From a virus (Duplodnaviria > Heunggongvirae > Uroviricota > Caudoviricetes), in IMG/VR virus record IMGVR_UViG_3300047483_000428: a stretch of 64,000 bases of DNA. One strand, given 5' to 3'. The translations under genes and the position numbers were made by a program. Under the pieces are notes generated by a model, which saw only the letters and a program-made list of their open reading frames with translations, was not told where the DNA came from and searched no databases. Below are positions 54,543 through 62,331 of the stretch, one piece after another; the first letter of the stretch is position 1; each line of letters starts with the position of its first letter.

Positions 54543-55406
54543 CTACTCTAATCCACTTATTGGGTTAGCAGCAGTAAAACCCCAAAAGTTTCTATAATTT
54601 GTTGCGATGTTAAGTAATCCTGGCTTAACTTTAAAGTCATCTGGCTTTAGCCAATACATATTCGAATTTGGTATTTGAATGAATAGTTGTCTTACGTCTG
54701 CATCTGTGACGCCCAAATCTTCAAGTAACGATAACAAGCTACTGGCAACTCTCAACGTTGATGATTCGACTTGCGACTGGTTCATTCCTCCACCAGCGCC
54801 TTCTGGGGTTGCAGGAGAATGTATACCAAACCATACATCGCCAATCAGATAGCGAACATCACCAGCCAAGAATAGCAGACCACAAGCACTGGCGCATATT
54901 GAGTTTCCCTCCATACCAGAGTCTTTTGGTGCTATCAATCCTGGTTGGTATATATTTTTCCCCATGTCATTATAAACTGGGGTTGCACGGACAACCGTTA
55001 CTACGTCCCGTATTTTGAAATGTGCAGCCAGACATGAACCATCTGCAAGACTTCCGCCAGGGCTTTCTAAAATAACAGTGAAATGGTCTGGTAACAACGG
55101 GACGATTTTTTGACAATCGCCTTCTTTTATGCCACCAGTTAATGTATACAAGTTGTCATCAATCTGTTTGAACTCTAACCCAACTTCTTCTACCGCAGTA
55201 ACTTCTTTTGAGGGATTGTTTAGTTCAGTGTATAACTCGTTGTATGCGTTATATGACATTCTTATTTGATTTCCAGCTAACAACATTATGATGATTATTA
55301 GCGAGAGCATTAATGGCTGTGAAATCAGCCTACGTATCGCTCTATATATCCACAATCCCTCTATTGATTCAAATATAAAGAGTCTAACCTTCTTCCATAT
55401 ATTCAT
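54543..55406 (-). CDS. membrane-anchored ClpP/crotonase-fold serine protease (NfeD/SppA S49-like)
   Basis: N-terminal TM (LMLSLIIIIMLLAG) then ILESPGGSLADGSCLAAHF...GNSICASACGLLFLAGD, the SPGG and Ser-x-x-x-Cys/Ala pattern of S49/NfeD. Confidence 0.55.
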   Translation of the reverse strand: MNIWKKVRLFIFESIEGLWIYRAIRRLISQPLMLSLIIIIMLLAGNQIRMSYNAYNELYTELNNPSKEVTAVEEVGLEFKQIDDNLYTLTGGIKEGDCQKIVPLLPDHFTVILESPGGSLADGSCLAAHFKIRDVVTVVRATPVYNDMGKNIYQPGLIAPKDSGMEGNSICASACGLLFLAGDVRYLIGDVWFGIHSPATPEGAGGGMNQSQVESSTLRVASSLLSLLEDLGVTDADVRQLFIQIPNSNMYWLKPDDFKVKPGLLNIATNYRNFWGFTAANPISGLE

Positions 55407-55439
55407 ATTGGTTTCCCCTATATTGTATTGTTATTTTAG

Positions 55440-55700
55440 TTACTGTGCGGGTGTGTCTGGTTGTTGTTTTGATTGTTCCGCAACTGCGGCATCATATTCT
55501 TGACGTGTCATACATTGTGACCTTGAATAGACAGTCCATTCTATGTCAATTTGCGTCTTTTGATTTTCTAGCATTTGGGCATGTGCTTTGCAATCTTCCA
55601 AAGACGTATACGGTATGTGTTGAATAATCGGTGCTCCGAGTTGCACATTGAACACCGATACTATAAAGTAAACCACTACTAGGACTGCATTGTATTCCAT
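55440..55700 (-). CDS. small single-pass membrane protein
   Basis: 86 aa with an N-terminal TM. Confidence 0.4.
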   Translation of the reverse strand: MEYNAVLVVVYFIVSVFNVQLGAPIIQHIPYTSLEDCKAHAQMLENQKTQIDIEWTVYSRSQCMTRQEYDAAVAEQSKQQPDTPAQ

Positions 55701-55701
55701 A

Positions 55702-56187
55702 TCAATTTCCTTTTAAATTGTCTGGATCAGTAACAACAAAGTCATAGGTGTTATATTCTCCACCCTGCGTTTGCCCTTTGCCTACTCCAGTTCCATCTTG
55801 GTCTGCACCTTCTTGACCAATTTTTTGGCCTTTGCCTTCTTCTTGTGCTTTTGCTGCTTCATCCATCGCCTTTTTGTTTTGCTCAGTATTTGGAATACTA
55901 TACAGTCTAGGCTTTTCAGTTTCAGTCGGCCATGCCCAAACATAAATCACATCACCATCAACAATGTGATTTATATAAAAACTGTCATTTGGAATTGGAG
56001 TAACAACGGGAAATCCTAAAAGGTTCTGTAATGTGAGATAACTTGTAATGACACTAACGAATGTTACTGGTATGATTATAAAAGTAATCAGGAAATTTTT
56101 ATAGTTTCTTATCGCTACCCACAATACAACAATTGATAGGAACATAAGGGATATTAAAATAGGTAACAATTCGCTGCTATATATCAT
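55702..56187 (-). CDS. membrane protein with Gly/Gln-rich C-terminal tail
   Basis: Two to three N-terminal TMs; C-terminal QEEGKGQKIGQEGADQDGTGVGKGQTQGG. Confidence 0.45.
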   Translation of the reverse strand: MIYSSELLPILISLMFLSIVVLWVAIRNYKNFLITFIIIPVTFVSVITSYLTLQNLLGFPVVTPIPNDSFYINHIVDGDVIYVWAWPTETEKPRLYSIPNTEQNKKAMDEAAKAQEEGKGQKIGQEGADQDGTGVGKGQTQGGEYNTYDFVVTDPDNLKGN

Positions 56188-56193
56188 TTTATT

Positions 56194-56907
56194 TTACTCT
56201 ACATTTATGAAACTTGACCCTGCGGTATATTTTTTATTAGATTTTTGCAATCCACCACTGACAAACGTGTCAGATATAAGTGAACCACTAATTCTGGAAT
56301 TGGATTTTATTACTATATTTTCAGTAGGAAATCTAAAATTGCTTGCCTTTCCATTTTCATCTAAATCGAATTGTAGGATTGGAACGATTTGGCCTTTATC
56401 TTTATATCTGTGTTCTGAAGTATATACTTCTTGATACGGATTCACACGTATCATTTTAAAAGACAATGGAGAATATGGGTCTGGATTATTTTTATTTTCA
56501 TACTTATTGAAAACGTGGGCCATAACTGTATAAGTTCCTGGGATAATTCCACGCATTGTAGTAACTTCCCGATTGGTTTTTACAATAGTCTCTGTCCCAT
56601 CTGGGGATTCATACGTATCGTTACTTTTACCAAGATCGTCTCTTTCAAGATTGAGTAAACCGCCATCTTTACTCAAGAAACTTACGGTTATTCCATTTGG
56701 GTCTCTTACCCAAATATCAATATCGTCATACGATTCTGAGTCCCATTCGATGGCGAATAGGTATTCAGCTTTTGATGGTATATCATTTTTTTTCGCTTGC
56801 GGATTGATTAAAATAAATGCAACCGTGAACAAAAATACAAATCCCACCAACAAGTTGAATAACAAATCATTAAATGCTATGCCACTTCCGTAGTGTGATC
56901 TTTTCAT
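56194..56907 (-). CDS. MotB/ExbD/TolR-like stator subunit (single TM with conserved Asp, periplasmic domain of unknown fold)
   Basis: N-terminal GIAFNDLLFNLLVGFVFLFTVAFIL parallels the ExbD/TolR/MotB TM (FIDVMLVLLIIF / ADLMTLLMAFF), with Asp at the cytoplasmic end of the helix. Sits immediately downstream of the MotA-like gene. Confidence 0.5.
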   Translation of the reverse strand: MKRSHYGSGIAFNDLLFNLLVGFVFLFTVAFILINPQAKKNDIPSKAEYLFAIEWDSESYDDIDIWVRDPNGITVSFLSKDGGLLNLERDDLGKSNDTYESPDGTETIVKTNREVTTMRGIIPGTYTVMAHVFNKYENKNNPDPYSPLSFKMIRVNPYQEVYTSEHRYKDKGQIVPILQFDLDENGKASNFRFPTENIVIKSNSRISGSLISDTFVSGGLQKSNKKYTAGSSFINVE

Positions 56908-56908
56908 A

Positions 56909-57382
56909 TCATTGGTTGCCTGACTCTAAATTGACAAGTTGTATCTTTAATACTTGACTACATACCAACCCGACAAGAGTAGTATATAGTGCAGTGCTCA
57001 TACCAAGCGCCATTGCGACAAGTGCAGATTTTAGTGTTTCTGGATTAGAAGCATCTATTTCAGCAAACGAACCGCCTAGCATCATAATAAAACCAGCAAC
57101 GGTTCCAATCATACCAAGTGTCAACATAGTTTCACTTATGAACCATGCAATTTCGGTTCTTTCTTCTACTATTTTGTTTTTGGAATTTTCGTAAGACAAT
57201 TTTCCAACAAACAAACTTGCAATTATATACAACGCTATAATCAAGACGCTTATTTTAGTTGTATCCTTGGTGTAAATTTCCCAAGTCCATCCAAAGATGT
57301 ATGCAATGTATCCCATAACTAATGATAAACAAAAAACTAGCCACCATTTTAGAACTTTAGACATTAATACTTCTCCACACAT
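56909..57382 (-). CDS. MotA/TolQ/ExbB-family proton-channel protein (short form, 4 TM)
   Basis: C-terminal TMs carry the family signature TMLTLGMIGTVAGFIMMLGG...ALVAMALGMSTALYTTLVGLVCS (cf. MotA GMIGTV.GL...LG.GIAVAL.TT.YG). Confidence 0.6.
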   Translation of the reverse strand: MCGEVLMSKVLKWWLVFCLSLVMGYIAYIFGWTWEIYTKDTTKISVLIIALYIIASLFVGKLSYENSKNKIVEERTEIAWFISETMLTLGMIGTVAGFIMMLGGSFAEIDASNPETLKSALVAMALGMSTALYTTLVGLVCSQVLKIQLVNLESGNQ

Positions 57383-57525
57383 TCACACAAACTAATTCAT
57401 TTATTTATTTATCTATTTTGTCTGTATATAACGAATAATCAAAATCCACTTTTGTGGTATTACTGCCACAATAAAAAAAGAACAGTGAGTAATCACTGTT
57501 CTTTTATTTTGATTTATTTTTACTG

Positions 57526-58161
57526 TTAGTATGTTTCTACAACCACGTCAGCAATACCATGTTGGACTGCTTCTTCTGGTGTTAGCCAGTGGTCTGTTTT
57601 TGGCGCAAGCAAGTGCTTACGAATATACTTTTCCGTTTTGCCAGTGCATTTGATGTAGTGTTCAAGCAACTTGTCGTTTGTCCAATCCATGTGTTTGCGG
57701 CTTTCAACCATATCATGGTATTGGCCACGAGTGCCACCACTAAATTCATGGCTCATAACAGCGGTGTTTTGTGTCAGGTAACGGTGTCCCTTTTCTCCTG
57801 ACATCATGAGCATCACACCACAACTTGCAATGCTTCCCATTCCATAGGTATATACTGGAATACGACTTTGTTTGATAATGTCAATCAGATGCATACAACT
57901 GTCAACGTAACCACCAGGGCTGTTGATATATAGATGAATCACTTCTGGTGCTCTATCGGCTGGCATCAAGTTGTATTCCATAATCATTTTTACTAGTGGC
58001 ATACAATTTTCTTGATTGAACTCTTTGTCCATAAACAACACACCATTGTCGCGCAAGTATTCACCTAGCTGTTTTGGTGGACTTGGTGGCGCTGGCGGTG
58101 GTGGTGGAGGGGTTTGTGGCGCTGGTGTTTCTTTTGGAACGGGGATGACTTTGTTTTTCAT
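57526..58161 (-). CDS. ClpP-like serine protease with Pro-rich N-terminal linker
   Basis: Contains YINSPGGYVDSCMHLIDII...GMGSIASCGVMLMMSG...MSHEFSGG, ClpP-like Ser/His regions. The N-terminus is PAPQTPPPPPPAPPSPP. Confidence 0.7.
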   Translation of the reverse strand: MKNKVIPVPKETPAPQTPPPPPPAPPSPPKQLGEYLRDNGVLFMDKEFNQENCMPLVKMIMEYNLMPADRAPEVIHLYINSPGGYVDSCMHLIDIIKQSRIPVYTYGMGSIASCGVMLMMSGEKGHRYLTQNTAVMSHEFSGGTRGQYHDMVESRKHMDWTNDKLLEHYIKCTGKTEKYIRKHLLAPKTDHWLTPEEAVQHGIADVVVETY

Positions 58162-58178
58162 TTTATGTTTCTTTCTTA

Positions 58179-58445
58179 TTAGTCGTCTTCATCATCAGTA
58201 TTTAGTTCGGTCCATTCTGTTTCAATGTGACATTCAGCGAAAAAGGTGCCTTCCACTCCTTCTTTTCCGTATACAAAAATACTTGGGCCATCTATGTCTT
58301 TTGACATGAACACGTGATGAAACCAAAGGTCGCCCGTGGTTTCTAGGCTTTCGCATAAATAGTCAAGTTCATTGCGAACCTTTGCGACTTGTTCAGCAGT
58401 CGGAATGATTTCGCCTTCCCATACAATGTCATAATTTTCAATCAT
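58179..58445 (-). CDS. hypothetical acidic protein
   Basis: 88 aa. Confidence 0.4.
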   Translation of the reverse strand: MIENYDIVWEGEIIPTAEQVAKVRNELDYLCESLETTGDLWFHHVFMSKDIDGPSIFVYGKEGVEGTFFAECHIETEWTELNTDDEDD

Positions 58446-58666
58446 CTACATTTCTCAATCATCTGACGTGCCATTGCAGTATCATTTCTTTCTTCCAATT
58501 CTTCGTCTATCATAGAAAGTATTAGCAATTCACGAAGCACAATTACTTCTTTTACGGTTTCTTCTGGGAGTGAGCGAATCCATCGCTCTAACTCGTCTAC
58601 TGTTTCCAAACTCCACATCTTGTCTAATAGGCGGCACTGACTTTCTGACATTCCTTGTAGGATCAC
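58442..58666 (-). CDS. hypothetical protein
   Basis: 74 aa. Confidence 0.4.
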   Translation of the reverse strand: MILQGMSESQCRLLDKMWSLETVDELERWIRSLPEETVKEVIVLRELLILSMIDEELEERNDTAMARQMIEKCR

Positions 58667-58823
58667 TTTTTATTCCCTTTATCGTTTGCGATAGCACGAA
58701 GTGTTTTACTAAGTTTTATCTTGTCTTTTTTGGATAGTTTTTCGTTTTGTTCGTCCAAGCAGTCTTCGCAGAAGGGCGAACCATATTCTGCACAATCTTT
58801 GCAATCTTTTGGTATATCGCTCA
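58664..58823 (-). CDS. small Cys-rich zinc-ribbon-like protein (53 aa)
   Basis: Hand translation gives MSDIPKDCKDCAEYGSPFCEDCLDEQNEKLSKKDKIKLSKTLRAIANDKGNKK, with an AAGGAGA RBS. Confidence 0.3.
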
Positions 58824-58871
58824 TGTAGATTCTCCTTCGGAATAATATACTCTACAAATGCCACGATGTCA

Positions 58872-58902
58872 ACAAAAAAGGCGACCGAAGTCGCCTTTTT
58901 TG
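58872..58902. terminator. bidirectional rho-independent terminator after the SPFH gene
   Basis: Hairpin GGCGACCGAAGTCGCC with a flanking A6 run and T6 run. Confidence 0.65.
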
Positions 58903-58914
58903 ATTCTTGTGTGG

Positions 58915-60312
58915 TTACTGCTTTACAGGGTTTCCGATAGTAGGATCAACACTCAGTTGCTTTGCAGAGTTTAGCATCATCAGTTGCATAAACTGGTCTA
59001 CGGTTCCAAGTGCATTTCCCGCAGTCCCATCGCTACCACCACCAGCAATCACAGTGGAAGGAACATTGATTTTAGATGCGGCGTCTGCCCATACACGTTG
59101 TGCTTCAACCCAAGCATCAAGTTTCTGTTGTAGCGCACCGTCAGCTTCAAGGATAGCTTGTTTGGCGTAGGCTTCTGCATCGGCAGCAACAGTTACAGAT
59201 TGTGCGTCAACCTTTGCACGTTCCAGATTGATTTCCGAGGTTTCTTGTGCAATTCGGGCTTCCTCGCGGATACGTTCAGCTTCAATTAGAGCAAGTTTTT
59301 TCGTGGTTTCGGCGTTTGTAGTCTTTTCAATCTGTTCCACTTTTGCTTCTGCTTGACGCTTGGCAATGTCAGTTTCACCTTGTTGAATAGCCAGCAGACG
59401 CTGTTCTTCTTGCTCAAGGCGTTGTTCACGAGCAACTACACGACGAGACGCAGCTTTCTTACGTTCACCAATTTGACGCTCATATTCATCATCTGGGTCA
59501 ATGTTTTCAAGAATTGCAGATGATACAACAACACCGATTTCCGCAAAGTCATGTGGGGTTCGGATGTCATTGCCGCTTGCGTCTGTCACTTTTTCCATCA
59601 TAACACGACGAACTTCTGTGTCGCCAACTTCTGAAGTGTCGGCAGCAACATCGCTACTTGATGGAGCGGCACGACTAGGAATTACGCCACCCGCTTGGTT
59701 GAAAGACACTTGACGAACTTGCGCACGACCCTTTTCAACAGTATCTTTGAACTCGCTCTTGAATTGGTCCCGCTTACCACCAGAGTAGTATTCTTCCATG
59801 GTAAACATGTTGGAAACCGAGTCAAGCGATGCAGTAACGGCAGGTTTCAGAGTAGTGCTAATCAGACGCTCAGGACTACGGAAGGTTCGTGCCATCGTCA
59901 AGAATTGTTCTTGATCTTGTGGGATTGCAAAACGAGTGGTCTGAGTAACATCACCTGTCCAGTTGTCTGCTAGGCGAACACGATATGGACCCGTGACAGA
60001 ACTGCCATCCGCTTCAATATCAATCGTGTTTGCGACTGTAATGAAGTGAGGCCATGCGGTAGAAGTTCCCCAACCGACAAAAAACCAACCTGTTTCGCAA
60101 ACTGCGGTTTCTGTTCCAAAAATACTCCGAGTGTGTTGGCAGTATCCAGCGTCATTGTAACTTACGGCCCCAAGACCGATAATTGCAACACCAAAAACGG
60201 CGACCGCAGATGAAACGATTGTTTTTACTTTTCGTAGTTCAGGCACCAGAGGCACAGCTTTGATTGCGATTGCCGCAATAATAAAGACGATGCCTAGAAT
60301 AAGTCCAGTCAT
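58915..60312 (-). CDS. SPFH/Band-7 (flotillin/YqiK-like) membrane protein
   Basis: N-terminal TM, an SPFH domain, then a long Ala/Glu-rich coiled coil (EAKVEQIEKT...ERAKVDAQSVTVAADAEAYAKQAILEADGALQQKL) typical of flotillin/HflK/C. Confidence 0.75.
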   Translation of the reverse strand: MTGLILGIVFIIAAIAIKAVPLVPELRKVKTIVSSAVAVFGVAIIGLGAVSYNDAGYCQHTRSIFGTETAVCETGWFFVGWGTSTAWPHFITVANTIDIEADGSSVTGPYRVRLADNWTGDVTQTTRFAIPQDQEQFLTMARTFRSPERLISTTLKPAVTASLDSVSNMFTMEEYYSGGKRDQFKSEFKDTVEKGRAQVRQVSFNQAGGVIPSRAAPSSSDVAADTSEVGDTEVRRVMMEKVTDASGNDIRTPHDFAEIGVVVSSAILENIDPDDEYERQIGERKKAASRRVVAREQRLEQEEQRLLAIQQGETDIAKRQAEAKVEQIEKTTNAETTKKLALIEAERIREEARIAQETSEINLERAKVDAQSVTVAADAEAYAKQAILEADGALQQKLDAWVEAQRVWADAASKINVPSTVIAGGGSDGTAGNALGTVDQFMQLMMLNSAKQLSVDPTIGNPVKQ

Positions 60313-60342
60313 TATTTTATCCTTTGTTAGATTGTGTGTGAG

Positions 60343-60489
60343 TTAGTTTTGTTCTGAACCGTAGTTCATAAGCGTTTCGTGGTTTTCAATAACGTGCCAT
60401 ACCATGCGTTCAATAGCTTTGCTAACAAACCACAGTCCACCAAACATAAGCACGTTTGGGATTACATAGTATACAACTACATCTACCAT
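60343..60489 (-). CDS. small membrane protein (48 aa) co-transcribed with the SPFH gene
   Basis: Hand translation gives MVDVVVYYVIPNVLMFGGLWFVSKAIERMVWHVIENHETLMNYGSEQN, with an AAGGAAA RBS downstream of promoter motif 60536..60568. Confidence 0.3.
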   Translation of the reverse strand: MVDVVVYYVIPNVLMFGGLWFVSKAIERMVWHVIENHETLMNYGSEQN

Positions 60490-60535
60490 GTCGTTTTCCT
60501 TCGTATTGAGTTTGCACTATTGCTCACTCTTATGT

Positions 60536-60568
60536 GTTATATATAGTATAGATTCGTGTCAATGTCAA
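60536..60568 (-). promoter_or_regulatory. promoter-like motif copy heading the SPFH operon
   Basis: Plus strand reads atatatagtatagattcgtgtcaatgtcaa. Confidence 0.5.
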
Positions 60569-60757
60569 GAGGATAGTAAGTGAAAAGCAAGATTTTCTGT
60601 TGTTGCATACTTTCTATAAGTATAGGTGTATTCCATCCTTCCGCCCATAATCATAACTTTAGTGCATATTCTCAAAAACATCCACCTTTTAGTGAAAATG
60701 CACCAACCAAATGGATTGATGCATCTTACTTCTTTGCAGTCTATTATACGCTCATCA

Positions 60758-61096
60758 TTACGCAAAGTTCACCGAAACTCCACATCCGCAGCCAGATTGT
60801 GCATTTGGATTGAAAAGTTCAATTTTACTTCCAGTGATATCGCTGACATAATCAACAGTCGTTCCGATAAGATACATTAGGCTGTGACTGTCAACATACA
60901 GAGTGAAGTTATCGTATTCTTGAACCTCATCGCCAAACATATGGTCCTTGACTTCATCGAATATTTCCCAATGGTATTGGAAACCCGCGCATCCACCACC
61001 GATGATGCCAAACTTCACCAGTTTTCCAGATGCGATATTAGTAAAGTGATTGATTGCTTTGTCGGTTAGTGTCACAACACTCATTTTTTTCTCCAT
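60758..61096 (-). CDS. HesB/IscA-family iron-sulfur cluster insertion protein
   Basis: C-terminal CGCGVSVNFA matches the conserved Cys-Gly-Cys of A-type carriers; an N-terminal Cys lies in GGGCAGFQY. Confidence 0.65.
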   Translation of the reverse strand: MEKKMSVVTLTDKAINHFTNIASGKLVKFGIIGGGCAGFQYHWEIFDEVKDHMFGDEVQEYDNFTLYVDSHSLMYLIGTTVDYVSDITGSKIELFNPNAQSGCGCGVSVNFA

Positions 61097-61578
61097 TTTG
61101 TGATAGATAGTCCGCTATCTATTATTTCGTTATTGTGAATATAGAATTGGCTTGTTATTTTTTCTTTTGGTAAAAACACGTCACAATCATATATTCCACT
61201 AATATTACTTATCCACAATTCATCTATAATATCAAGGCAGTCTTCAATAAGCGAAGCGCCGCCGATGACCCATGTAATGTATTCCGAGTATCTAGTTTCT
61301 ATGATTTCCTTGATGATTCTAGAAGGATTGCCACTATATACTCCATGGGGTGCGTTCTTCCATTCATTTGGATTCATGGAAGACGATATTACAAAGTTCA
61401 GACGGTTGGATAGTGGTTTATATGGAAGGCTATCCCATGTCTTTCTTCCCATTACCACCGAATGACCATTGGTGCAATCTTTGAACCATTTCAAGTCGGC
61501 AGAGTTACGGGGCCATGGCAAGTCGCCGTTCTTTCCTATGCCCCAATTGTCGTCCATTGCAAATATTGCGTTTATCAT
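61081..61578 (-). CDS. frd: dihydrofolate reductase
   Basis: N-terminal MINAIFAMDDNWGIGKNGDLPWP with the DHFR signature, and LNFVISSS downstream; 165 aa. Confidence 0.85.
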   Translation of the reverse strand: MINAIFAMDDNWGIGKNGDLPWPRNSADLKWFKDCTNGHSVVMGRKTWDSLPYKPLSNRLNFVISSSMNPNEWKNAPHGVYSGNPSRIIKEIIETRYSEYITWVIGGASLIEDCLDIIDELWISNISGIYDCDVFLPKEKITSQFYIHNNEIIDSGLSITKWRKK

Positions 61579-62330
61579 GATTTTGGTATAAATCTCTCGT
61601 AGTTGGCAAACTCTTCATCAAGAAACCCATCTGGTTTTACTAACTTTATCTTGTTTGAAACCATAAAGCTATTGAAATATCTTCTGAGTTGTTCAATGTT
61701 GTCAATTGATGATTCTTTTGATGGTCCCCGATGAACCCTGCTTTCCATACTTTCTATGTAAGTTGGAATGAAGCCAGATTTCTTCACATCTGCTATTGGG
61801 TCAGATGTCAAATCTTCATAATAAATCACTTTATTGTATACGATACCAAGTTCATTACTTCTAAACTTTCGATAGTTGTTTAGACAGTCAAGTAGTGTTC
61901 GGTGAAATATATCAATAGGAACGGATTTTTTGTCAACTGTGGCGTCTTTATCATAGAACCAAACATCTTTTGTTCGGGCTAACGCCAGACTCATAACGGT
62001 GTCAAACACATTTTTACGAACAAGCACAACAGTGTGCCAATCAAGAGACATATACCTATCCCAAAGATTATTTCCCATACTGTGAAGATGAAACATGTTG
62101 AACATGTGATTTTTGACAAGACAATGGTTTGATTTGGTAAACGCCTCTACACGCTCTTCCGCATATTTTGGAAATTCATCACGGGAAATCTTCTCTCTCG
62201 CGGTAATCCAGTCAATATTGAATGGTTCATACTGTATCTCAAAGTCTGGATATTCTCTGATGTATCGTTCAAGCAACCCGGCATAATATGTGCTGCCGGA
62301 TCGCGGATGTGTAAGTAATTGTATTCTCAT
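61575..62330 (-). CDS. sulfotransferase-like protein (paralog B of 12421..13152)
   Basis: Start at MRIQLLTHPRSGSTYY. Shares PRxGSTY, EPF and VVLVRKNVFDTVMSLALA blocks with paralog A. ATGA-coupled to the S8 protease gene. Confidence 0.45.
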   Translation of the reverse strand: MRIQLLTHPRSGSTYYAGLLERYIREYPDFEIQYEPFNIDWITAREKISRDEFPKYAEERVEAFTKSNHCLVKNHMFNMFHLHSMGNNLWDRYMSLDWHTVVLVRKNVFDTVMSLALARTKDVWFYDKDATVDKKSVPIDIFHRTLLDCLNNYRKFRSNELGIVYNKVIYYEDLTSDPIADVKKSGFIPTYIESMESRVHRGPSKESSIDNIEQLRRYFNSFMVSNKIKLVKPDGFLDEEFANYERFIPKS

Positions 62331-62331
62331 A

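Noticed and set aside
58016-58309. 97-aa Gly-rich plus-strand ORF
   Set aside because: It is antisense to the Pro-rich linker of the ClpP-like gene (CCN codons read as NGG).
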